This document shows, one piece after another, positions 36,184-50,094 of a stretch of 64,000 bases of DNA. Origin of the DNA: Eledone cirrhosa (lineage: Eukaryota); assembly GCA_964016885.1 (NCBI GenBank), contig OZ024740.1, positions 102,734,001 through 102,798,000 of the forward strand, in the 5' to 3' direction. Every line of letters begins with the position of its first letter. Position 1 is the stretch's first letter. The notes under the pieces are model-generated. The model saw nothing but the letters and a program-made list of their open reading frames with translations. It had not been told where the DNA came from and searched no databases. The position numbers and the translations under genes are program-made.

Positions 36184-37925
36184 TTACTGCACAAACTTGG
36201 GGCGATGACGGGCGTCCCGCGCGAACTAGGATGCAGGAAATCCGAGTCAGCTTGCGCTGACGACGTCACCGTGGTGGTGTCGAGCACCAGACACGTCCAG
36301 ATGCTCGGCACCACTCTCAAGGAATACGAAGCAGTGACAGGAGCAAAAATAAACCAGGAAAAGTCGATGGGCTTGCAGCTCGGCACCTGGAGAGGCAAGT
36401 CCATGCCATCCGACAGCGTCGTGGGGCGTTGAACGGACGGACCGGTTAAATTGCTCGGGGTCTGGTTCAGACCGGACCTCCAGATGGAGAAAAACTGGAA
36501 CGAGGTGACGAGCAGGGTGGCCTCCCTCACCCAGAAATGGGCTGAGAGGAAGCTGTCCCTGAAAGGCCGGGCGGAGGTGACGAATGCGTACATCGCATCC
36601 GTCATCTGCTGTCGCCTCACCATCGTCCCTTGCTCCAGCCCAACTCTCACCAAAATGGAGCCCCTCCTCTTCCGCTTTTTGTGGAAGGGACGCGCTCCCA
36701 TGGTCAGACGATCCATCTGCTGTCAACACCCGTTGCGTGGAGGACTGGGTATGCCATGGCTGATGATGCGCAAACATGCACTGAGGCTGCAACATCTCTG
36801 GTACTTCCTTGATGGTGAACAGGTGTGGTCGCCGTTCGCCAGACACGTTTTCCCACAGCTCGTCTCCTTGACGGAGTTGCAGTCCTGGGTCAGAAAAAGA
36901 CCAAGGGATAGCGCTTGGAAACTGGAATGTCTCCAGGCGCTCACTGCCTTGTCCCAGCTGGGCACCAGTATCGGAGGAACATCCACCTCGGCGTTCTATA
37001 GAGGACTAGTGGAGGGGAAGAGCGACAACATTCTCGGAGAGATCCTGGGCGTCGAAGAAGATCAGCTGTTTGCTCTCCTCCGGAGAACTTTCAGCCCGGG
37101 GCCTATGGATAACTTCCAAAAATCCCTGGCCTGGCAGTGCTACTGGGGAGCGCTACCGGTTCGAGATAAGCTCTATAGGCACGGAAGTGCCGTCAGCCGA
37201 GCCTGTCCGAGATGCGCGCAGAGCAACAAAACCGTTGTGCACACACTCATTCAGTGCCCGAGCATTGCTGACTTGTGGAGCTATGTCGAACAGTTGCTGT
37301 CGCGTGTAGGATTGATCCGGTTGTCGACTGAGTCCATTGTGCAGATTGTCTCGCCATCTTCCTTCGAGGAGGAAGGGCAGGCGGTTTTCATCTGCCTGGT
37401 GGACATGGCGAAAGAGATTGTGTGGTGGACAAGGTTAAAAGGGTTAAAGACAGACACTTTCCTCTTTGGCGAATCCCTAATTAACTTTTTCAAGTTTCAC
37501 TTGAAGAGGAAAATCAGGGTGGAGAGGCAAGTGCTGCTTTCTAGCAAGTTTGTTGAAAGGTGGGTGAATGTAGCGAGAATGGTCCGAGTGAATGGGACCA
37601 CTCTGAATATACGTCTGTAGTTTGAGAGATGGAAAAATTGTGAGAGGGCGCTTGCCCTGGTGGTCAGGGTGGCCATGGTCTTTTGTGTGGTTTTCGCCAC
37701 GAGTAACCTTCGGAGGTTTCCCCCCTATTGGGGAATTTTTCGTTGTTTCAATTTTCATTTTTATTGTTTATATATATATATGTTTCTATGTCCTTTTTTT
37801 TTTCTTTTCTTATATAAATAATAAAAATATTTACACGCACAAAACCCACATTGTACCGTCCTGTACCGTCCTGTGCCGTCTGTAATGTTTTTCTTGATGT
37901 CAGCCCTTGTGGCCAATAAAGAAAT
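36184..37925 (+). mobile_element. Tx1/L1-clade LINE, 5'-truncated ORF2 and 3' UTR
   Basis: ADDVT RT motif, GAKINQEKS, LGVWF, W..RKLSLKGRA, GGLG, zf-RVT-like CPRC..H...QC; one in-frame stop at 36430; ends gcccttgtggccaataaagaaa. Confidence 0.9.
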
Positions 37926-38283
37926 CGTTATTATTAACTGTTAACTTTGCAGTGAATCTAGTTTAACAATTATGTTGATAAAGTGACAGTAATTTGCTTT
38001 ATCTTTCATTCACTGCTTCCGTTTCTCTCGCTCTCCCCATCTCTCAGTATTATATGCAAATGGGAGCTCACATGCTGGTCACTCTGTGGTCCCAGAGGAC
38101 AGAATAAAGAAGCCAGTTTTCCCGTAGGATAGTGAGGGAGACGCATTAGAAGAGCCATTCCAGCCTGTGGGTAGCCAACTCCGTGCCGATGGTGGTGAGT
38201 AGGGAGGTGGTCCTAGGGCCAAGGACACCAGAAGTGTCCACTACTATCAATGCTGCTACTGCTACTACTACTACTACTACTAC

Positions 38284-38319
<36 letters not shown>

Positions 38320-38339
38320 TAACAATAATAATAATAATT

Positions 38340-41300
38340 ATCATCACAAACAAACTAAACATTAATGATTTAAATCATCTCTATTATGCATCGGCTAAAC
38401 TCACCACTCACTTATGTGGAGTGAAAATGAAAAAAACAAAGGAATTCCCACAAGAAATCTACTTGGCAAGAGAACATCAATCGCCAAATAAACCTTCTCC
38501 AATCTGACATAGAAATTTTAACAAACTACAAAGTAGGTGAACATGTTAAACAAACTAAACTTAGAAAATTGAAAAAAAAATACAGTATAAAATCAACAAG
38601 TGACATAGACATGCTGATAGAAATAATCAAGCAAAAAGTGTCGGCCAAAGCTGCTCCTATAAGGCGCTTTGAAAAACGATCTAGATTCTATAAGGACAAT
38701 AATATGTTCAAAAACAACCAAAGAAACTTCTACAGAAAAATTAGCAAGTCAAATTAGCTAAATCAATACCACCCAAGGAGGAAGTGCAAGAATTCTGTGA
38801 AAAGATCTGGGCCGAAGAAAAAGTTCATAATATACATGCCCCATGGATAGACAGACAAATGAAAGATACAGCTCACCTTGAGGAACAGATATGGGAAAAT
38901 ATAACAGTTGAGCAGTTGCATTTGACTCTTAGAAAAACCAGCAAATGGAAATCCCCAGGAAAAGACAAAATACCAAATTTTTGGATAAATGCCTTCACAG
39001 AGTCTCATGAGCTGTTAGCCCAACTTTACAATGAAATAGTTAAGGAGTCAGAAAAGATACCATCATGGCTAGTTAACGGCATTACATTCCTGCTTCTGAA
39101 GAATAATGAGACAAACAATCCCCAAAATTACAGACCGATAACTTGCTTGACCACAATGTATAAAATATTAACATCAGTCCTAACTGAATATACATATGAC
39201 CACCTGATAACAAATGATCTATTTCCCAATGAGCAGAAAGGGTGTAAACGAGGCTCATATGGCTGTAAGGATCAGCTTTTGGTTAACAGAATGATACTGG
39301 AAGATTGTCATAATAGACACAAAAAATCTATCAATTGCTTGGATAGATTATAAAAAAGAATTCGATAGTTTGCCACACAGTTGGATTGAAAAATGTTTAG
39401 AGGTTTTCAAAATATCTCCCGTTGTCAGGAGGTTCCTGTCATTCAGTATGAAGACATGGAAAACGACACTCCTTTTGAATGGTGAAAAAAAATCACTGGA
39501 AGCTGGAATTTTTCAGGGTGACTCTTTATCACCGCTTTTATTCTGCATCGCACTTATACCATTAAGTAAAATGCTCAATGAAACAAAACATGGATATAAA
39601 GTCTATGACAAAACCATTAATCACTTGTTCTACATGGATGACCTGAAATTATTTGCAAAAAATGATGAACAATTGCAAGGGCTATTATCCACTGTGGAGC
39701 AGTTCAGTGATGACATTAAAATGGAGTTTGGACTAGATAAATGCGCCAAAGCAACGTTCACCAGAGGAAAGCTGCTGAAAAGTTCAGACATTAATCTTGA
39801 TCGGGGGAATGTGATAAGAGAACTTGATCAAGAGGAAACTTACAAATATCTAGGTGTTTGTGAAGGAGACGGAATCAAGCACTCGACAATGAGGGGAAAG
39901 GATAAGGAAGGAATGTTACCGCAGAGTAAGAGCAATCTTAAGAACGGAATTGAATGCAAGGAATAGGATCGATGCCATAAACACGCTTGCCATACCAGTA
40001 GTAACCTACAGTTACAATGTCATCAACTGGTCAAGCACAGAGATCCATAGGCTCGATACAAAAATTAGAAAATTCTTAACCATGCACAGAATGCATCACC
40101 CTAAAGCAGATACAGATAGAATATATCTCCCTAGGAAAGAAGGAGGATGTGGGTTAATCCAGTTAGATATTGCGTTGAAAACTGCAACAATTGGATTATC
40201 TACATATCTAAGGGAATCACATGATTGGATGATCAAACTCGTTTTGAAACACGAAAGCATCAAAAGATCATACTCCATTACAAAAGATGCACAAAGATAC
40301 AGTAATGGACTACAAATTTCAGAAGTCCCATTTACTGCTGAAATGGAAAACACAGAAAAAGCAAAGCAGGTAAAAGTAACTGCAAAGAAAGAACTGCTAC
40401 AGAAACTGGCTAAGAAATGGCAAGAAAAGCCTCTGTATGGAAAATACCCAGAAAGAGCTAACAATCCTGATGTTGACAAAACTTTAACCCATCAGTGGTT
40501 GGCATCCTCTGGACAGAATTCGGAGACTGAAGGACTGATTATATCAGCACAAGATCAGTGTCTGCCAACAAAAAATTACCAAGCCAACATAATAAAAAAT
40601 CGATGCAACCCATTATGCCGTGTATGTAAAAAACAACCAGAGACCATTGATCATATAATTTCAATGTGCAGTCCTATAGCTCCAACCGAATACCTAAACA
40701 GGCATGACAGAGCTGCACAAAACATACATTGGATAATGTGTAAGCATTTTGACCTGCCCCATCAAAAGAATTGGTGGGAGCATCAACCACCTCCCATACT
40801 TGAAAAAGATCACATCTCAATCTTGTGGAACTTTAGCATCCAAACAGACCAAAAAATAGATGCAAACAGACCTGATATAATACTGAAGGACTTTAAAAAG
40901 AGGGTATGCCTGCTAATTGATATGTCCGTTCCAATTAACAAGAATGTATCTATAAAAACATTTGAACAATTGAGCAAGTATAAGGACCTGGAGATAGAAA
41001 TTGGAAAAATGTGGAAATTGAGAACTAAAACAATACCAGTGGTTGTAGGCGCTCTAGGAATAATACCTAAGGGGTCTAATGATTATTTATCGCAAATCCC
41101 AGGAAACCCGCGTATAGGAGAAATACAAAAGATAGTACTAATGGGAACTGTCCATATACTAAGGAAGATTCTGTCAATATAAGTACATCACAAGTCTAAA
41201 CACTAAAGATGCATGTGTGAATATGTATGTTCTTTCTTGAACATGGCGGACCTTGTTGTCTCTTGAGGTCACTGGTTGTGACTTGGTGATAACTCGTATG

Positions 41301-41345
41301 AACATAAAGCAAGATAAATGCAACTATAATAATAATAATAATAAT
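38340..41345 (+). mobile_element. R4/Dong-like non-LTR retrotransposon, frameshifted RT, CCHC finger and restriction-like endonuclease
   Basis: NYRPITCL, EQKGC, GIFQGDSLSPLLF, YMDDLKL, YKYLG, CRVC..H....C, NRPDII..IDMSVP, KYKDL; (AAT)n on both flanks. Confidence 0.92.
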
Positions 41346-42309
41346 ACCCCCACCCCCACCATATATAACATAACTATGTCATCACAACACTACTACTAAT
41401 ACAACTACCACCACCGCCAATACTACTACTACTACCACTACCACCTCCAATACTACCCTTACCCCCACCATATATAACATGGCAACTATACCATCACCAC
41501 ATATACTACTACTACTACTACTACTACTGCTACTACCACCAATACTACCATGCCTCTTGTGCACTACCACCATCACTCATTAATTCAACATATGATAACT
41601 TAACTATCAGATCAGACTGGCAATATGTTGTTTTTACCCTCGCCTCTGTTTGTCACATAAATATCAAATTAGATCTCAATAGGATATAATCACAGACAGT
41701 GTGCCTGTAGAGTAGTTTGCTCTGCAACCCGACCACCATTACTTCCACTGTTGCTACCACCATTACTGCTACTACTACCCTCACCAACAACCTACCACCA
41801 TCATGAGCTAATCTTATCAACCTCATCACCACACTTAACTTATCTATGACAACAACAAAGATAGGTGGCATACTTCAAGAGACTTCAATCTTTCCTTGCT
41901 ATACTTCTGTGTGTGTGTGTTTAGCGTCCATTTTTCCACACTAGCATGGGTTACCTGAGTTGTGAGACAAGTCAGATCAAATGACCTGACATATATTTTT
42001 ATACATACGAAGATTTAAGCTATATTTAATGTAGATAAAACTACAGCTTTTTTGGTTTTTTTAATTATAAGACTCACTGAAAAGAAAGCTTTCTAAACAC
42101 ACTTTCTACAATTCCTTCTCTATACTGATTATCAATGTCATCAGATGATAACTACTATGATTCTGTTTGCAGAGAGACTTTCATAGCACATAACTGTCAG
42201 TGGAATTTGCATACTGTGTATTCATTTAGCAATGTAATTAAATTGTGAATATTTATGCAGAACACAGCATATACTAGAAGATTTAAGATAAATTTAATGA
42301 AATAATAAA

Positions 42310-42670
42310 ATAATAATTGTTTCTACTTTTGGCACAAGGCCAGCAATTATCCCAGTGCATTATTGGTACTTTATTTTATCGACCCCGTAAGGATGAAAGG
42401 CAAAGTTAACCTCGGCGGGATTTGAGCTCAGAATGGCAAGGGCCGTAACTCTATGCATTAAAGCATGGTGTCCAACCAAAATAATAATAATAATTGTTTC
42501 TACTTTTGGCACAAGGCCAGCAATTATTCCAGTGTATTACTGCTCCTTTATTTTATCGACCCTATAAGGATGAAAGGCAAAGTTAACCTTGGTGGGATTT
42601 GAACTCAGACTATAAAAGGGCATAACTCTATGCTACAAAGCATGGCATCCGACTCTCTACCGATACTGCT
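42310..42670 (-). mobile_element. Two tandem SINE A copies
   Basis: Two consecutive reverse-complement units at ~42310-42478 and ~42485-42670. Confidence 0.88.
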
Positions 42671-43184
42671 ATACCACAATAATAATGAAATTATTGTGTA
42701 CAGTGCTCAGGTGCACTTCAATATATAAGATAGTTTTTGAATTAGAGGTCTCACTGTAACAAGAAAGGTCAACACACTTTCCACTATTCCCCTCTGTACT
42801 CTGTACAGCTATACCCCTGACATGACCAAAACCAAACAGAAAGCAGTAGGGCTCATCCAAGGAGGGGTTCCTCCAACAAAAATGAGAAGGTCACGGATTG
42901 GATTGAATTGAACTGATATTTTCTTCAGACACAATTATGTTTTTAGCAGTCAGGCATTCATTGAAATATGTGTATAAACAATAAAATTCTCATACAATTC
43001 TCTTTGTAATGCTGATGGAAACATCACATGTCCATATATTTCTAAAGACATCTGACTGCTAGAAGCACAATCATCTCGGGGTCACATGTAGAATATATTG
43101 TGTTTATTTCAATATGTAGCTTGATTTTATTTTTAAATGTCCTTTCATTTGGGTTATGTTTTTACATAATATTATATTATTATT

Positions 43185-43295
43185 CCCACCAAGGTTAACT
43201 TTGCCTTTCATCCTTATGGGGTCGATAAAATAAAGTACCAGTAATACACTAGTTAATTGCTGGCCTTGTGCCAAAAGTAGAAACAATTATATTAT
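43185..43295 (+). mobile_element. SINE family A, 5'-truncated
   Basis: Core and tail present. Confidence 0.85.
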
Positions 43296-43764
43296 TATTC
43301 TAAACCTGATTATTTTCAGTTTTATTGAGCTGTTTGCTACTCACTTTGTACAAAACAAATATTTTTGTTATAATTGCGAAGTACATATTTCTATGGACCC
43401 ATACATCCATGTGTGTCCATTTTCTAATCTAAAATGCTTACACATGCACATCATCACCGTTTAATGTCTATTTTCCATGCTTGCTAAGAATAGACAGGTT
43501 TTGAGGGTCAACTAATCAGGTGACCATGTATTGCTCATATGTTCCATTTTGGGCTTGGTTTCTATGGCTGGATGCCCTTCCTAATGCTAACCACTTTACA
43601 GCGTGTACTGAGACCATGGTTTCTATGGCTGGATGCCCTTCTTAACACCAATATAAAATAGGCAAAATTCGAAATCCTGTGTATAAGCCAAGGCAGCTAA
43701 ACAACACAATGTTTAGATAGCATGGTTTTGAAATTCTCAAGAGTGGAGAATATATTTATGAAGT

Positions 43765-45830
43765 TTAAATAATGAAAAAATATTGTGTACAGTGCTCAGG
43801 TGCATTACAACTCATCAAAAGTGTATGTATAGTACATAGAGTAATGTACAAACGTCAGGAAAATGAACAGTTCATGAGTCATGATATACACATGTGTGCA
43901 TGTGTATGGAAGGGGTACATCAGGTGTAGTTTTGGCGAATTTCGGGAACCATGAGGGTTTTAAAGGGTGCAGTGTCTCGGCAGCTAACAACTGATGCAGG
44001 CAGTTTGTTCCATGCTTCAGCAACTCTGAGCATGAAAAAATGTTTCAGAAAGTCATGGGAGCTGTGCTGTTTTCTGATTTTGTAGGCATGTCCACGTGTG
44101 TTAGACACATGGAGATCAAAAAGGTGCACAGGGTTGTTGTTGGCGAGATGGTTAATAACTTTGTGGGTGTTTACCAAGTCCATTGCCAGACGTCGGAGTT
44201 TCAATGAATCCATGCCCAGGGAAGCAAGGCGTTCAGAGTATGGTAGGTGTCTGATGGAGGGTATGTGCTTGGTTGCACGTCTCTGAACAGTTTCCAGGAG
44301 GTCAATGTTCTGAGCAAGATAGGGGTTCCAGACTGATGATGCGAATTCCAAATGTGGTCATACCATAGCTGTATACAGCTTTAAATAGATGGCTGGAGAG
44401 CGGCTAACAAAGGTCTTGCTGAGTAATGCCAAGACACCCTCGGCCTTCTTGACAATCTTAGAGACGTGCTTTGTGCAATGCAAATCACTGCTGACAGTAA
44501 TGCCCAGGTCACGTTCACAAGAGGACTTCTTGATATCAGTGTTCTGGAGGGATTATGTGGACGCTGGGTTTTTCCTCCCAAAATGCATGGTGGTACACTT
44601 GTCCACAGCCAGCTTCAGTTGCCAGTCTGTGATCCATTGCTGCATTGTGTCCAGGTCTGATTGTAGGAAAGAATTGTAGATTTCAGGATTAGTCCTTTTG
44701 ATTTCAAGGTACAGCTTGATGTCATCTGCATATTTCAGTACCGTGGCATTCTTTAAGTTGGCATCTATGTCATTAATATATGCCACAAACAAAATGGGAC
44801 CAAGAACAGATCCCTGTGGTACACCAGATGACATCTCATATGGTGAAGAATGCTGTCCTAGAACCGTGACTACCTCTTTTCGGATGAGAATGAAGGATTT
44901 CAGCCAGTCGAAAAGATCATCCTTCACACCCATTGCAGAGAGTTTCGCCATAAGTCTTTTGTGTGGCACAGAATTAAAAGCCTTAGCGAAGTCAAGGTAA
45001 ACAACATCCACTCATGAGCCGCTGTCAGTGATCCAGGAACTCAATAAGCTGATCACAGCAGTTGGAGTTAGGGATAAATCGAAATTGCGAGGGCCAGATG
45101 AGGCTGCGAGAGCTCCAGAAGTTCCAAAGTGTTTCTCTGACACAGGATTCCATCAGTTTGGCAATACAGCTAGTAAGACTGAGTGGACGATAGTTGACAG
45201 GTGACGTGCGGTCGCCCTTTTGAACAGGGGAAGGACACTGGCAGTTTTCCACTGCTCCGGAGTAGCACCATTGTTGAGACAGTATTGAAAGAAGAAAGAA
45301 AGCTGGTGCAAAAGGAAGTACCCGCCACATTTGAGAAGCAGGTATGTAACACCATCAAGACCAGGGGAGGCATAGTTGCGCTTTTTCTTAAGGTGACGTC
45401 GCAGCATTGCAGGTGTAAATTCCATAGTTGTTATGGAATTTGATGTTAGAAATGGTGGAGATGGTACATTCTGGTTTTCAACAGTAAAAATGCTTGCATA
45501 GCAATCAGCAATGAGTTCTGCGCATTCTTTGGGATCGTCAGTGATCTGGCTTGTGTGGGGATTGCGAAGAAGACCAACTGGACAGTGAGGTCTCTGCTTT
45601 GAATGTACATATTTCCAGAACACCTTACTGTCAGGATTGGTTGCTATGCACTGTTCAAATTCAAGCACTGCCTTTTTTGTCACTTACTTGAGATGGTTGG
45701 AAGATTTATTCCGCTTTTTTCTGTTGGCATCTGATTCATACAGTTTATATTCCCGTTCAGCGTTCCAACGTTCTTTCCTGGCAAGTCGGACTGCTGAAGT
45801 TTCCCAAATTGCACTTTTGGGGTGGGTTTT
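43765..45830 (-). mobile_element. CR1-like LINE, 5'-truncated, frameshifted RT
   Basis: NYRPLSLTS, YLDFAKAFNSVPH, SGVPQGSVLGPILF, YADDIKL, LETVQRRATK, NTRGH motifs. Confidence 0.92.
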
Positions 45831-46471
45831 TTTCTGCTTTTGATATTTAAAATGTTTTAAGTGACATTTAGAATATAGATTTTTTTATTCAGAACTCCAT
45901 TACATAATGATTTTTTACCATTTCCGACTGTTTTGAAGGTGTAGCAAGCTACTTTCCTTTGGCACATTGACAGGCTATTTGTGCGTGATTTGACTAAGTC
46001 AGGCCAATCGTGAGCTGCGCATGGATATGTATTTTCAACTTCCGCCCAAACGAAGATTTACCCCTACTTTCGATAAACTCTTTCTCTTGTTGCTTCAATT
46101 ATGGAAAGGTAAACACCATTTTTCTTTTGCTGTTCAACCACTAGCCAATATGTAACAACAACAACATAACTACGGCCTGGCCAGCACCTCGGCCAGTTGA
46201 CCGTACCTTCTAAACTCTTAATTTGTTTATTCCTTTGTAATCAGTTTGTAAATAAATTATGTAAAAAACATTGTAAAGTCTTGTGATGCTATTACCACAG
46301 CCATAGCCTTTAAATGTGATATAGAAAGATCCTTTCCAGAGTTATTTTCACAGCAGCTGGGACTTACAGCCAAACCTCAATTCCACTAAAATTGCCATAT
46401 AACAAAACCGTTACATTTATTGATATAACCAAACCATACCTTTCCTACAACAAAATAAATCATTATTATTA

Positions 46472-46660
46472 CGGTGGATTGGCAGTATCGGTAGAGGGTC
46501 GGATGCCATACTTTCCAGCATAGGTACGTCCCTTTACGATCTGAGTTCAAATCCCCCTGAGGTTGACTTTGCCTTTAATCCTTACGGGGTCGATAAAATA
46601 AAGTTACAGTAATGCACTGGGTAATTGCTGGCCTTGTGCCTAACGTAGAAACAATTATTA
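46472..46660 (+). mobile_element. SINE family A
   Basis: Full head, core and (att)n tail. Confidence 0.9.
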
Positions 46661-47299
46661 TTATTATTGTTGTTGATATTGTTATTACATGGCATAATAT
46701 TATTAAACTGCTAAACTGGTAACTATTAAATATCTGCTATATTGGTGACCTCTGTTGATACAAATATTATTATCATTATTAATCCTCTGCTAAAAAGGCA
46801 ATATTCATTCAAAACATATAAAAAACAAATTTCATGCCGAAAGTAAAACCAGTGTAATATTCACCTCCAAAGTGAAACTAGTGTAATTCACCCCAAAGCG
46901 AAAATATCTTAGCAATTCATATTCGTAGAATTTCGAAGTTGGTGAAAATATTGATCTCAAATATATACACCCCAACATTTTACCATTAATTTTTTGTCAT
47001 ATATTTCTTGGCTTATATATGAGTATATACAGCATCCGATATTGTTTTTGCCTTAACTCTCAAGTCAATGAATAAAACAGGCTAGAAAATCATTTTTGCT
47101 TAGTCTACAATATCAACAACAACTCAATTTTGTTGCAATTTATTGCAACCAGGACAATTTCCCAATCTATTAAAAAGACATATACATTTTTTAAAACATA
47201 AAAAGTATGAACAGGATGCATTAAATGGTGGTAAATAAATGAAATAAAAAATAATATTTAGTTTAAATGCAAACGTTCAATGAATCCATTTAAAACTTA

Positions 47300-47810
47300 A
47301 TGCTATTTGCTCTTCAATAATGGATGTCAGACTTGTTGATACCAATAGTCAAACATTATTCAAATGAGCAACAGTCAATTTTGTTTTTTTTATAGTTCTT
47401 GGTGTGTTTTATTTTTGAAAGTAATTGCTCACATAAAGAAATTCTGCCAAATAACTAAGTTAGGGTATTTCTCACTGGGATGAATATATTTTTTTATAGA
47501 AGTCAAACACTGATACAGCATCAGCCTGAAATTCCAATCTCAATATGTCACTATACCTAATCAATTTCATTGGATAATTTTCTGCTGTAGTGCCCACTTC
47601 TATATCAAATGGAGTAACAAAACAGATTCAGCTCATTTGTATGCAAGTAGCAATCAGTAAAATTAGATGAAAACTTTCCTTAATTTCCTACAGTATTCAC
47701 AAAAATGTCTGCAGACTGTGATTTACTTGTTTGAGCAATTTTCTTTTTAAAGATGGTATTCCCACAATTTCAGCTTTCTTTCAAGCTAAATATCGATTCA
47801 GGGAGGTTTT
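47300..47810 (-). pseudogene. Highly decayed hAT (SPIN/Charlie-like) transposase C-terminus
   Basis: Broken frames give TPFDI, MKLI, FDFYKK, EKYPNL, LCEQLLSKIKHTK, KLTVAHL, matching the hAT dimerization region. Confidence 0.5.
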
Positions 47811-47859
47811 AGGTGACATATATGAAGAGGAAGAGGTAGATAATAACTAGGAGTTTCTA

Positions 47860-48870
47860 TGAGACAATCTTCTGTAGGTCACAGCTAAGATTTGTGGTTG
47901 GAGCAAGGTACCAGCCAAATGAAAGGTGACATGCTGGTGAAATAATACTGTAGATAGAGCTATAATCACTAAAAGACAGGTTTGGAAAAACTAGAAGAAA
48001 AGGAGTAGTAAAGTAGAACACATGTAGTTACAAGAAAAGCTACACATCAGGTTTACATAGTATGTAGAGAAGCTGAAAGCTGTAGGTTTGCCAATGCTCT
48101 GCATTGATAGGATAAAATGCATGAGATGTTTTGAATAGCAAAGCAGTGTGTTGTGATTAATTTATACATTGTTGGGGAAAAGTATATTGTCCATGTATAC
48201 TGTCTGTGGGAACTCATGTATGCTAATGACAATGATTGAATCAGTAGAAAATATTCCAAATGTGGAAACAAAACCTAGAATCAAAAGGACTCAAATTCAA
48301 CTTAGCAAAGACTAAAGTTTTAGTAAATTAGAGAGAAATGGCCATGCTTGATAAACAGAAAATATGCAAGTAGGAATTCCATAGAGCATATTAAATGCTA
48401 ACTATGAAGCATAGTGGGATGACAGACAGGCTAACAGAGAAGATAAACTTTGAATGTGACAGATGCACAGAAATAGTCATAGTAAAATAAAGCCATTCTA
48501 ATACTTGGAAGGCTCCATAGATGTAGTTGATAGCTTTTAGTATATGTAGTGCAATGTTCTGGATCAGCAAGATGTGGACATAAATGTAGAGGAAGTGCAA
48601 AGGTTGGAAAGAAATGAAGAGAGCTTGTTCAATTGGATGTGTAACTTTGGTGTGTATGGGAGAAGGCTGCACTGGTATGGACATAATGAATATGGAGGAT
48701 GAAAGTTGGGTATAGAAGTGCCAGTAGAGCCAAGTGGAAGGAAGCTACAGAAAAGAAAGACTGATGCTGAACCACACAAAGGAGATGACAAAGAAATTCA
48801 ACAATTGATGAGATGCTGTGTTGGAGAGGACCTATCTAAGCCATGCAATCATGGAAAAACAGACATAAAT
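47860..48870 (+). mobile_element. Old RTE LINE fragments
   Basis: LESKGLK.NLAKTKVL and RRLHWYGH remnants. Confidence 0.6.
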
Positions 48871-49050
48871 AATTGTTTCTACTTTTGGCACAAGGTCAGC
48901 AATTATCCCAGTGCATTACTGGTACTTTATTTTATCGACCTCGTAAGGATGAAAGGCAAAGTTAACCTTGGTGGGATTTAAACTCAAATCGTAAAGGGGC
49001 GTATCTCTATGCTGCAAAGCATGGTGTCTGACCCTCCACTGATACTGCCC
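48870..49050 (-). mobile_element. SINE family A
   Basis: Reverse-complement full unit. Confidence 0.9.
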
Positions 49051-49706
49051 TAATAATTATGATGAAACACTAACAACCATCTTGTGACTTCCTATGGGAT
49101 CATATGTGTCACGCGATCTGCTAGAAATAGGAGCCAAATCTCTTTTATCACATACTTCATTGTTAAAATAAACACCACAGACTAGTTATTGTTTTCTTTA
49201 TATAGCTCCTATAGATAACAGTTAACTTATTGAAAATATTACTGGGTTGTGGTTATCATCATCATAATTATTATTATTATTTTTTTAATAGTTTGAAAAT
49301 ATATATCACATACACATGCACACACACACAAATATAACTGTGTACAATTGCCTCTTGTGTTTTGTTCGTTCATTTTCAACTATATATATATAAACAATGA
49401 GTTATTTGTTTTGTTGTATATGTTATAGCAAAATTGCTATAAATTATTGTTTTAGCTTGCCTGTTACTCCATTGGACAGCGCTTTGTCAGACACTGTGAC
49501 CCAGAGTGGACCAGCAGTACCGTTGGTAGGAGTTGAAACTGCCAAACTCCATCTCAACGGCCAGTGACCCTGGTCCTTAAAAAAAATTGTTTTTCGTTTT
49601 GCCTTGTTTCCATTCATTGTCTTGTCCTCTCTTTGTTAATCTTCCTAAGTTTATCATTGTATTTCTTTTGCAAGATTTCTTATCTGAAAATGTGTGTTGA
49701 AACAAG

Positions 49707-50068
49707 TATTGTTATACTTTGGGAGGGTCATGCTGCCAATAAAACACATGCATCTATTGGTTTTCACTTCAATTTATAACAAATTTCCAGTTGGTTGGTT
49801 TAGTAACTGGATGGTTGTTTATTTGTCATCACAGTTCTTTCGTCACACATTTTGTCACCTCCTCAGTGACTAATTTGTTCTGTCCAACACCATCTTGTTT
49901 TTGTGTGCTGTGTACATAAAAACAGAATGTGTGATGAAAGCTTTGACAACAAACAAACAACCATCCAATTATTAAACCAACCAACTGGAAATTTGTAATA
50001 AACTGATGTGAAAACCAACAGGTGCATGTGTTTTATTGGCAGCATGGCCCTCCCAAAGTATAACAATA
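49707..50068. repeat. Inverted repeat, ~148-bp diverged arms, PLE pseudo-LTR-like
   Basis: 49707-49855 versus 49922-50068; same family as 53757-54057. Confidence 0.9.
49825..49872 (-). ncRNA. Degenerate hammerhead motif
   Basis: Minus strand tagtca-CTGAGGA-ggtgac..gtgac-GAAA-GAAC-T; the paralog at 53915-53935 supplies GAAA-GAAC-TA-tgacta, completing a 6-bp stem I. Confidence 0.55.
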
Positions 50069-50094
50069 TATATATATATACATACAGGATATCC

